Positions 1-7,831 of a stretch of DNA of 64,000 bases are shown one piece after another. This DNA is from Armatimonadota bacterium (GTDB lineage: Bacteria; Armatimonadota; Armatimonadia; Armatimonadales; Capsulimonadaceae), in contig JAFAZD010000348.1 in NCBI GenBank assembly GCA_019239955.1, forward strand, positions 21,176 to 85,175. The letters are read 5' to 3'. Within the stretch, counting starts at the first letter, position 1, and every line of letters begins with the position of its first letter. A model generated the notes under the pieces. It worked only from the letters and a program-made list of their open reading frames with translations, made no database searches and was not told the origin of the DNA. Made by a program: the position numbers and the translations under genes.

Positions 1-282
1 ACCGGCTTCATCTACGCCAACTGTGACGCCGCTAGCAGTCCCCCCTTCAGCCCGGCGCGGATGCTGGCCGACCTGTCCTGGCGCCACGCGGGGCCGAAGG
101 CAGCCTGGTGCGCCGATCCGCCCGCCGCGGCCCGCGTCAGCGTCGCCTACGCCGACGGGCACGTCAAGTCGGTGCCGGCGGCGCAGCTGTCGGCCTTCCG
201 GCAGTGGTCCCTGCTCCAGGGGGAGGGCACGTCCGGGTGCCGGCCGGACCAGGACGGCCGGGGCGGGTGCTGGTACCCCTGA
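1..282 (+). CDS. 3' end of a gene entering from upstream. The C-terminal tail resembles the H-X9-DG-type end of prepilin-like (pseudopilin-like) proteins.
   Basis: Frame 1 is open from base 1 to the TGA at 280-282, with G/C-rich third codon positions. Tail motif: VSVAYADGHVKSV. Confidence 0.4.
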   Translation, partial: TGFIYANCDAASSPPFSPARMLADLSWRHAGPKAAWCADPPAAARVSVAYADGHVKSVPAAQLSAFRQWSLLQGEGTSGCRPDQDGRGGCWYP

Positions 283-475
283 GTCATTGGCACCCAGGAG
301 TCATTGGCACCCCGGAGTGCTCCGGCGGCCCGGAGTCCTCACGACTGATCTTCCGAGCTTCCGATGGCCCCCGGCGAATCCCGAAGCGGGGCCCCGCCTG
401 GGCGGGGCCGGCCGGGAGCCCCCGCCGCCGGGGTTTCCGACGAAGAGTCGTAAGAGTGCAGCGCTGGACCAGGAA

Positions 476-505
476 TTGACAATCTCTTTTTCCATGTGAT
501 AAGAT
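476..505 (+). promoter_or_regulatory. Sigma70-like promoter for the blaI-like/M56 operon.
   Basis: TTGACA at 476-481, an 18-nt spacer, and an extended -10 (TGA TAAGAT) at 497-505, in an AT-rich patch. Confidence 0.4.
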
Positions 506-552
506 GGAGCGTTCGCGCCCGCCAGTCGGCCGCTGGCGGCGAATGCAAGCCT

Positions 553-1233
553 ATGGATGACAAAGACATGGACGAAAGGGACAGTATGGCGGAAGACGGC
601 GTGCCGGAAGACGCGGCGGGCGGCTCCGGCCAGGCATCGGAGGGGGCCGGCGCGCCGGCGGGCGGTGAGGACGCGGGGGGGCGGCACTGGCTCAAGTACG
701 CCGGGATCGGCGGGCACCGCAAGCCCGGCCCGGGCGGCGGGCGGCTCCGGGCGATCACGTCCCTGGGCAGCCTGGAGGCGGAGGTGCTGGGGGTGCTCTG
801 GGAGATCGGCCGTCCGGCCACGGGCATGGAGGTCATGGAGCACTCCCTGTACAAGCGGCGCGCCCGGGGGGAGGAGCCGGCCTCCTTCGCGACGATCGCC
901 ACCACCCTGCGGCGCCTGACGCAGAAGGGGCTGCTCACCAGCGAGAAGCACGAGCAGCGCACCCCGGTCTACGCGCCGACCGTCAACCGGGAGGAGATGG
1001 CGGCCCGCATTCTCAACAACGTCTCGGAGACCCTGCTGGGCCGGCCCCTGCACGCGCTCCTGCCCCGGCTGGTCGGCGGTTTCCTGCCCCCCACCCCGGA
1101 CGAAGGCACCGGCGGCGATGACGCCGGCGCCAGCCGTGACGCCAACGATCCCGAGGTGCAGCAGCTGCTGCAGGCGCTGGAGGAATTGGCCCGCCGGGAG
1201 GAGGGCGACCCGCACGTGCCCCCGGGGGCATGA
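553..1233 (+). CDS. BlaI/MecI/CopY-family winged-helix transcriptional repressor.
   Basis: Motifs LGSLEAEVLGVLWEIGRPATGMEV and FATIATTLRRLTQKGLLTSEKHEQRTPVYAPTV, followed directly by an M56 partner gene. ATG 553 was chosen because the predicted promoter lies inside the longer GTG-496 ORF; the start is uncertain. Confidence 0.8.
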   Translation: MDDKDMDERDSMAEDGVPEDAAGGSGQASEGAGAPAGGEDAGGRHWLKYAGIGGHRKPGPGGGRLRAITSLGSLEAEVLGVLWEIGRPATGMEVMEHSLYKRRARGEEPASFATIATTLRRLTQKGLLTSEKHEQRTPVYAPTVNREEMAARILNNVSETLLGRPLHALLPRLVGGFLPPTPDEGTGGDDAGASRDANDPEVQQLLQALEELARREEGDPHVPPGA

Positions 1234-1323
1234 CCGCCCGCCGCCGACCGGCGGCCACCGGTCGTCCCGTGGGGAAATCCGCTTCGCCGACCGTTCCACC
1301 GAATTACACGCACACGGCACACC

Positions 1324-2694
1324 ATGGATCTCGCGGCCTTGCATCTTCTCGACGACGTCCGGCGCGTCTGGCGGGGCGGGGCGGCCTGGCACGCACTCGG
1401 CCGCTCCCTGGGATACCTCGTGGGCGTCTTCCTCGCGCGGCACTGGGTCTTGGCCGTGGCCAACGCGGCGCTGACGGCGCTGCTGGGGCTGGGGGCGCTG
1501 CGGCTGGTCCGCCGGCTGTCGCTGGGGCCGTCCATCGAGGACTGGCACCTGCGCCTGCGCCACTTCGTCCTCCTGGCCGCCCTGTGCAAGGGCGCGTTCT
1601 ACCTCATCCTGGGTGACAACCACCGCTTCCGGTCGGGGCGCCCCGTCGGCTTCGGGCTTCAGCTGCCCAGTCCCTTCGACCTGCTCCACCTGGCCCCGCG
1701 CGCCAGTTATTCCGTCTATTCCGTGTGGCGTCCCACGATGGCGACGGAGCTGGTCGGCCCGCTGCTGGCGGGGGCGGACCTCGTCCTGTTGCTGCGGCGG
1801 GGGCTGCAACTGGCGGCGCTGCTGTCCTGGCTCGGGAGCCTCCCGTGCGTCCGCCCCGGCGCGGCGGGCGTGCCGCCGACGGGGCGGGACTGGCCCCGGC
1901 CCGCCCCGGAGCCGGCGGAGGGCCTGCGCCCGGCGCAGGGCCCGCTGGGGGAGCGCGTGGAGGAGGCCCTGCGCCGGGCGGCGGCCGCCCTGGGTCTGGC
2001 CGCGCCGAGAGGGCTCCCGCGCCTGGTGCTGGCCGAATTGCCGGCGCCGACCCCGCTGCTGCTGGGCCTGTGGCGGCCGTACCTGCTGCTGGCTCCCTCC
2101 TTCGCCGCCACCCTCTCGGACGCCGAGATGGAGATGGCGCTGCGGCACGAGCTGGCGCACCTGCGACGGCACGACCACTGGTGGCGCTGGCTGCTCCTCT
2201 GGGTGGAGGACCTCGGCCGCCTCAACCCGCTCACGTCCTGGCTCAGCCGGGAGGCGATGGAGCAGGAGGAGGCCTTCTGCGATCGGCAGGCGGTGTCGTC
2301 GGCGCGGGACGCCGCCGACCTGGCCCAGGCCATCGTCAAGTGCCGGCGGCACCTGCGGGGGTTGCGGGCGCAGTGGGCCGCCCCCCGGCGCGCCGGCCCG
2401 GTCCCGGCCGCCGCCCCGCCTCTGCCGGACGCCCTGGCTCTGCCGGACGCCGTGCTGCCGATGCTGCTTGGCCAGGAGTGGGGGCACCAGGACCCGGACG
2501 CGGTGCTGCGCCGCCGGCTGGCCCGCCTGCTCGCGCAGGCGCAAGGCGCTCCCCCGGCGCGGGCGTCGGCCCTGCATACGCTCCCCCGCGCGGCGCTGCG
2601 GCGCGGACTGCATTGGGGCGCGTTCCTGTTGCTGGCGATGCTGCTGGCGCTGATCGCCTACGCCAAGTTCTTTCTGGTCATCAACTTCTCGTGA
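1324..2694 (+). CDS. M56-family (BlaR1-like) membrane zinc metallopeptidase / signal transducer.
   Basis: HExxH in ALRHELAHLRRHDHWWRW. Hydrophobic N-terminal helices and a C-terminal TM helix. Paired with the BlaI-like gene. No penicillin-binding sensor domain is visible. Confidence 0.85.
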   Translation: MDLAALHLLDDVRRVWRGGAAWHALGRSLGYLVGVFLARHWVLAVANAALTALLGLGALRLVRRLSLGPSIEDWHLRLRHFVLLAALCKGAFYLILGDNHRFRSGRPVGFGLQLPSPFDLLHLAPRASYSVYSVWRPTMATELVGPLLAGADLVLLLRRGLQLAALLSWLGSLPCVRPGAAGVPPTGRDWPRPAPEPAEGLRPAQGPLGERVEEALRRAAAALGLAAPRGLPRLVLAELPAPTPLLLGLWRPYLLLAPSFAATLSDAEMEMALRHELAHLRRHDHWWRWLLLWVEDLGRLNPLTSWLSREAMEQEEAFCDRQAVSSARDAADLAQAIVKCRRHLRGLRAQWAAPRRAGPVPAAAPPLPDALALPDAVLPMLLGQEWGHQDPDAVLRRRLARLLAQAQGAPPARASALHTLPRAALRRGLHWGAFLLLAMLLALIAYAKFFLVINFS

Positions 2695-3310
2695 GGCCCA
2701 TTCGGGTCCTCGTGAGGCCCATTCCGGCATTCCCGGGGGGAGCGCCCGGCGCGGCGGCATGTCCGCGCCCCGGCCGCCGCAGAGTTTCAGGGGGCCTCCC
2801 CTCTCGGGGGCTCGGCCCAGGAAGGAGAGAGAACCGCGCACCCCGGCGGGGTGCCGTCCCCGGGCGACTGGACCGTCCCGATCGGGCCGTAGATCGTCCG
2901 CCGGAAAACTATTTGTCACGTCAACGTAAATTTCATCGCGAAGCCCGCCGGCGCACTTCGGGCCGGCGGCCGGAGAACCCCTCATGCACCCATTGACACC
3001 TGACGCCTTCCGGGCCTGGGCCGCGTCCCCCGCGGACGGGGCAGCGCGCCCGACGAGCGGGGGAGCAGTCCTCCCCGCCGAGTTCGCCGACCCGGTCTGC
3101 TGCTGGAACATCTGTCCGGCGTGGACCGGTCCCCCCAAGCGGCCGCGCCAGTACGGCGGCGCCACCACCCAGTACGGCGGCGCCATCGCCCTGGAGCGGT
3201 CCCCGGAGCCGGCGGCGGTGCGATCCGGCCCCCCGGCACCGGCCGCCGCGCCGCATCTTCCTCGCGCCGGGGCGCCGGCACGGCCGGGCGCGGCCGGGGG
3301 GAGACACCTG

Positions 3311-4648
3311 ATGCGCCGCCTCCTGGTCGAGACGGTCGGGCCGGACCGGCACCTGCTCTTCAACCCGCTGTCCGGCGCGGTCGACCTGGCCTCCGACGCC
3401 GATGTCGCCCGCCTCGACCGGCTCCGGCGGGGCGAGGACGCGGCGCTGACGCCCGCCCAGGAGGCGGCGCTGCGCGCCCGCCTGTACCTGTTCGACGGCC
3501 CCGGCGAGGAGGAGGCCTGCCTGGAGGCCGCCGTGACGGGGGCCTGGGAGCGGATGGCGCGCGCGCAGCCCCAGATGTACACCCTCTGCCCGACGCTCGC
3601 CTGCAACCTGGCCTACGGCTACTGCTTCGAGGGGGACAGCCTGGCGGACAAGCCGCAGGGGGTGATGGCGGAGGAGCAGGTCGGGCGGGCCTTCGCGGCC
3701 ATCGCCCGCCTGCGCCGACAGTACGCCGATCAACCGTCCGCCGATCAGCCCGCCGCCCGCCAGGCGGACGCACTCAGCGGCCCCCCCTGGATCGCCCTGT
3801 TCGGCGGCGAGCCGCTGCTGCCCAGCACCCGCCGCAGCGTCGCCGCGATCCTGCGCCACGCCGCCGCCGAGGGCTTCCTGGTCGCGGCGACCACCAACGG
3901 GGTCAACCTGGCGCGCTTCGAGGACCTGCTGACGGAATACGCCGACATCCTCACGGTCGTCCAGGTCACCCTGGACGGGCCGCGGGCCGTCCACGACGCC
4001 CGGCGCCACCGGCTGGGCGGGCAGGGCACCTTCGACGAGATCGTGCGCGGGGTCGACCTGCTGCTGTCCCTGGGCATCGACGTGGACCTGCGGGTCAACC
4101 TCGACGCCGCCAACGTGGACGCGCTGCCGGCGCTGGTGGACTTCCTCCACGCCAAGGGCTGGCCCGCCCACCCGGCCTTCGCCCTGGCGCTGGCGCCCGT
4201 CACGGTCCACGGGGAGGCGGGGGGCTGCCGGAGCAAGTACGACCGCGCGCTCTCGGAGCTGGAGCTGGCGCGGCGCGTGGTGGCGCTGGCGGAGGCGCAC
4301 CCGCGCGTGGCGCGGCTGTGCCACCTGGGGTTCCTGCGGCACCTGGAGTACCTGGTGAGCGTGCTGGAGCCGGAGAGGCTGGGGCCGGGCCGGCGGGGCG
4401 GGGCGCGGCCGGTCGGGCCGCGCTACTGGTACTGCGAGGCCAGCACGGACAAGCAGTACGTCTTCACCCCGGAGGGGCTGATCTACAGCTGCACGGAGGC
4501 GGTCGGCCGGCCGGAGCACGCGGTGGGCCGCTTCGACCCGGACCTCACGCTGTGGGCCGAGGAGCGCGGGCGGTGGGTGGGGCGGACGATCCTCTCGCAC
4601 CCCAAGTGCCGGGAGTGCGCCATCTCGACGCTGTGCGGCGGCGGCTGA
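3311..4648 (+). CDS. Radical SAM / SPASM-domain protein (peptide-maturase-like). It ends at an in-frame TGA that replaces the last SPASM cysteine.
   Basis: Core strands FGGEPLL, ATTNG and VVQVTLDG. C-terminal KCRECAISTLCGGG is followed by TGA at 4646-4648. GGAGA Shine-Dalgarno 6 nt before ATG 3311. The cluster-binding motif is atypical (CPTLACNLAYGYC). Confidence 0.8.
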   Translation: MRRLLVETVGPDRHLLFNPLSGAVDLASDADVARLDRLRRGEDAALTPAQEAALRARLYLFDGPGEEEACLEAAVTGAWERMARAQPQMYTLCPTLACNLAYGYCFEGDSLADKPQGVMAEEQVGRAFAAIARLRRQYADQPSADQPAARQADALSGPPWIALFGGEPLLPSTRRSVAAILRHAAAEGFLVAATTNGVNLARFEDLLTEYADILTVVQVTLDGPRAVHDARRHRLGGQGTFDEIVRGVDLLLSLGIDVDLRVNLDAANVDALPALVDFLHAKGWPAHPAFALALAPVTVHGEAGGCRSKYDRALSELELARRVVALAEAHPRVARLCHLGFLRHLEYLVSVLEPERLGPGRRGGARPVGPRYWYCEASTDKQYVFTPEGLIYSCTEAVGRPEHAVGRFDPDLTLWAEERGRWVGRTILSHPKCRECAISTLCGGG

Positions 4649-5889
4649 CACATGGCCGCCCGGGAGCGGGCGGGGGGGCCGCGGACCGGCTGCTGCAGGT
4701 CGTGCTGCCCGGACGGGGGCCGGGGCTGCGCCCGGCGCGGCGGGCGGGTGATCCGCCGCGCGCTTCGGAGCCGCCTCGCTCCGCCCGCCCGCCGCACCCG
4801 CCGGAGCCGTTCTGCAACGCGGCCGAGGAGACGGTGCGGGCTTACCTGCGGGCCATGGGGCGCGACGGGGCGATCGAGGACAGGGTGAAAACCCTTTTGT
4901 AAAGATCCCTGTTTGTCAAGTGCCCTGGGACAGAGTGGCAGCCCGCCCTCCGCCTGCTCTACAGCCGGTAACCGGGGCGGGCGGCCGTCTTTGCGTCCAG
5001 TCGCCCCGTGCATGAGCGTCAGTCGGTGGTCTCCGGGTGGCGACCGGGGCGGCAACAGCCTCTTCACCAATCTGAGGGACGAGAGCGCAAGCCGCACCGG
5101 GGGAAGCGGCACACCTCCGGGAACGGGGAAGCGGCACCTCCCCTAATGGGGACTCGACCGCATGCCCTCGCCGCGCAACGCCATCCCCGGCGGTTCGGGA
5201 CGAGGAGGACGGCAAAGCGGGGTGGCAGGCGGGTCGAACCTACGGCGACCGGGGCCGGGCGGCCGAGAGGGGGCGGCTGGCCGAGAACACGGGTGACAGT
5301 GGCATCGCGGACATGCAGTGATACGTTCGTCGAGTACCACGCCGCTGCGATCAGGGTGGCGCGGCGTGTTGCTCGGGCCGCGTGTCGCTCGGGCCGCTAT
5401 TGCCCCTGCGCGCGGCCCAAGCCGGCCCGGCCACTATCGCCGTAGTAGCGATGACACGGCTTCGGAGCAGTCCCCGGTCGAGTCTGTCCTTCCCCCTTTG
5501 GCTCACGGAATGCCTCTGTTATCGGGAGCCTCTGTTGTGGCGCATGGGGAGGGAAGACGGTCCGGGAGGAGACAACGAGGCAATTGATCGCTCGCACGGA
5601 AGCACACCATTCTGTGTTCCTCCCGCCCCATACTCCTCCTGAATACCGTGCTGAGTCCCGACTGCCCAGTTTTGCCGCACTTCGGCGGCCGGAGGCCCCT
5701 CAACAGAGCGAATGGGACCGACCGCCCGAATGACAGCGGAGGTGGCCCGCCTGGCGCGGGAGAGGAACCAGGAGCGGGAGAGGGACCAGGAGGTTGTAGC
5801 GGCCGGATCTATGCCCGCCGGCTCCGAACCCGACGGGCATTGAAATTGAACGCGCATCATCGGCCATGAAAACTTTTGGTAATTCTCCA

Positions 5890-5920
5890 TTGACATTCGT
5901 TGATAATGTTAAGGTATAAT
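5890..5920 (+). promoter_or_regulatory. Candidate promoter for the Trypco2-like/protease pair.
   Basis: TTGACA at 5890-5895 and TATAAT at 5915-5920 in an AT-rich patch. The spacer is 19 nt, which is long. Confidence 0.3.
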
Positions 5921-6091
5921 GCCTGTACCGACGAAGGACCTGTCCGGCTACCCCGCGGAGGCTGTGGACGACGCCGGCCCGGGTCCCGGAGGGGCCGGGT
6001 GCTCACGGAGCTCGTCGATTGGCAGAAGCCTTTCAGTCTGCCGAGACGCCCGGCCCGCGCGGGGCCGAGTGGGGACAGAGGTTGACCGTTT

Positions 6092-6424
6092 ATGACCACC
6101 TTGCTGGAGTTAGAGGGAACACCGACCGGAAGCCCCCGCATTTTCGTCGAGGTGCATGAAGGGGAACTTTCGGGAGGTATCGAGCCGGCCTCGCCGGTGG
6201 ATTGCGTGGTTGAACATGCGCGACAGGCCTTCGATGCGGCGATGGAGAGTGTGAAGGCGACCGTCCAGGCGATCACCCAGAAGTTTAACCGCCTGGACCA
6301 CCTCGACGGCACGCCGGACGAGTATGAAGTCGAATTCGGACTGAAGCTGACCGCCGAAAGCGGCGTGATCATCACCTCCGGTGGCGTGGAGGCAAACTTC
6401 AGGGTCACGCTGAGATGGAAGTGA
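6092..6424 (+). CDS. Trypco2-like (trypsin-co-occurring domain) small protein.
   Basis: 110 aa. C-terminal signature YEVEFGLKLTAESGVIITSGGVEANFRVTLRWK. The stop lies 12 nt before the protease start. Locally lower G+C. Confidence 0.75.
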   Translation: MTTLLELEGTPTGSPRIFVEVHEGELSGGIEPASPVDCVVEHARQAFDAAMESVKATVQAITQKFNRLDHLDGTPDEYEVEFGLKLTAESGVIITSGGVEANFRVTLRWK

Positions 6425-6436
6425 GGGAGAACATCC

Positions 6437-7582
6437 GTGCCACGAGAAGACCATATCGTCCGGATATTGAGCGGTCGCGGGGGGATCGCGGGGGTCGGAT
6501 TTTTCGTCACGTCTCAGCAGCTCCTGACCTGTGCCCACGTCGTCAACTTTGCGCTCGGACGGGAACCGTATGAGCAAAGCCACCCCCCGAAGGAATCAAA
6601 GATCCTGGTGGAGTTTCCCTTCGATCCACAAGCTCCAGCACAGGAGGCGCGGGTCGTCGGCTGGGAGGCCGCCACCAAGCTGACGCGCCGCTGCCGCGAC
6701 AGCGGCGGTGACATCGCCACGTTGGAGATCCAGGCCGCCCGCCCGCCCGCCGTGGGATTCTCGCTCATGTCCGGCCTCCGGCCCATCGCCGGCCGCCCGG
6801 TCGAGGCGTTCGGTTATCCCGGCGACTCCGAAATCGGGGTGTGGGCGGAGGGATCAATTAGCGGGCGGACGGAGACCGGGTGGTTCCAGCTCAATGGCGA
6901 CGACGCCCGCCCCGACTACATCACGCAGGGCTTCAGCGGTGGGCCGGTGTGCGAGTATGGCACCGACACCGTCGTGGGGATGGTGGTGCGGGCCGATACT
7001 CGCGGGAGCAGGCGCTCCTACATGATTCCAGCCCAGATGCTCAAACAGCGGATCCGGGTGGCCAGACACCGAGGCTCCATCGGGTGGGCCATCCACTACC
7101 TCCGGACTTGTACACTGGCCGCTCTCTTGACGGACCTGGCGGCGGCGGAGCGGCAGGGATTCGAGGACGACGCCTGTGACCAGGTCAAGACGGTCCTCGC
7201 CGTCGTCGCTCACCATGACCCGGAAAACCCACTGCACTCGATCATGTATGCCGCGACCCGCTCCCAGTTCGAGACCTTCCTGCGGGTCTACGACGAGTGG
7301 AACGGGCCGGGACACAACGCGCAGTTCGCCGGCCTCCGCCGGGAGAAGCTGAAAGAGTTGCGCAGCGTCCGGGAAGCGATCAGCAGGAAGATCATCGAGG
7401 ACGACGGCGTGTTTGCGGATGTCCTGGACTGGCGATTCCTCGACGCGATCCATCGTGAAATTCCGAAGACCTGTGGGAAACACCCGGAAAAGTTCCGGCA
7501 TCTGATCACCGCGGGGCGGGAGTACTTCAAGCGCAAGGAGTACCTCGGTCCCGGCGCGACGGGCAGTTCGGCTTCGGCCTAG
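6437..7582 (+). CDS. Cytoplasmic trypsin-like (S1) serine protease with an unassigned ~190-aa alpha-helical C-terminal domain.
   Basis: Triad contexts LLTCAHVV (His), GGDIATLEI (Asp) and QGFSGGPV (Ser). GTG start preceded by GAGGGAGA. No signal peptide. Confidence 0.85.
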   Translation: MPREDHIVRILSGRGGIAGVGFFVTSQQLLTCAHVVNFALGREPYEQSHPPKESKILVEFPFDPQAPAQEARVVGWEAATKLTRRCRDSGGDIATLEIQAARPPAVGFSLMSGLRPIAGRPVEAFGYPGDSEIGVWAEGSISGRTETGWFQLNGDDARPDYITQGFSGGPVCEYGTDTVVGMVVRADTRGSRRSYMIPAQMLKQRIRVARHRGSIGWAIHYLRTCTLAALLTDLAAAERQGFEDDACDQVKTVLAVVAHHDPENPLHSIMYAATRSQFETFLRVYDEWNGPGHNAQFAGLRREKLKELRSVREAISRKIIEDDGVFADVLDWRFLDAIHREIPKTCGKHPEKFRHLITAGREYFKRKEYLGPGATGSSASA

Positions 7583-7617
7583 CCCCCGCGAGGACCCGTC
7601 ACGGCCACCGACCCGCC

Positions 7618-7796
7618 ACAAGGAAAGACTCCGCCTGGCGGGGCGGAGTCGGGGAGTGCGGAAAGAGGGGGCAGTGGTCAAGATAGACACATGCGGAATT
7701 TGTCGGTAACCGCGGGCTACAGTCGTGGGCCGGGCGGCCCACAAGATTCCTCACTAGGCGGGGTCTAGCGGACGGCGTCCTTTCTCTATCAAGACC
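7618..7796 (-). ncRNA. Candidate ~180-nt small RNA defined only by the promoter and terminator above.
   Basis: Promoter at 7803-7831 and terminator at 7620-7650 on the same strand. No SD-preceded ORF lies between them. Contains an internal hairpin GTGGGC-CGCCCG-GCCCAC. No known RNA family was recognised. Confidence 0.2.
7620..7650 (-). terminator. Intrinsic-terminator-like hairpin read on the minus strand.
   Basis: On the minus strand: GACTCCGCC-CCGCCA-GGCGGAGTC followed by TTTCCTT. On the plus strand the hairpin is not followed by a T-run. Confidence 0.4.
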
Positions 7797-7802
7797 GTAA
7801 TC

Positions 7803-7831
7803 AACTTACCACGTTCGGCGGCAGATGTCAA
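7803..7831 (-). promoter_or_regulatory. Sigma70-like promoter pointing toward the 3' end of the protease gene.
   Basis: Minus strand TTGACA (7831-7826), a 17-nt spacer, then TAAGTT (7808-7803). Confidence 0.35.

Noticed and set aside
301-3606. 1,101-aa minus-strand ORF spanning the blaI-like, M56 and rSAM genes.
   Set aside because: It lies antisense to three genes with clear family motifs. The translation is Arg/Pro/Ala/Gly-rich low complexity, typical of shadow ORFs in ~70% G+C DNA.
4656-4673. The hairpin after the in-frame TGA read as a definite SECIS element.
   Set aside because: A 7-bp GC stem with a GGAG loop is easily produced by chance in this composition, and it sits slightly closer to the TGA than the classical element. 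It is kept only as a point to test, not as a feature.
5225-5262. GGTTCGA-like T-loop sequence on the minus strand, suggesting a tRNA.
   Set aside because: The flanking bases do not form a T-stem, acceptor stem or the other cloverleaf arms.
5297-5303. GCCACTG (cobalamin-riboswitch B12-box-like) on the minus strand.
   Set aside because: The other conserved cobalamin-riboswitch elements are not present upstream, and no relevant downstream gene exists.
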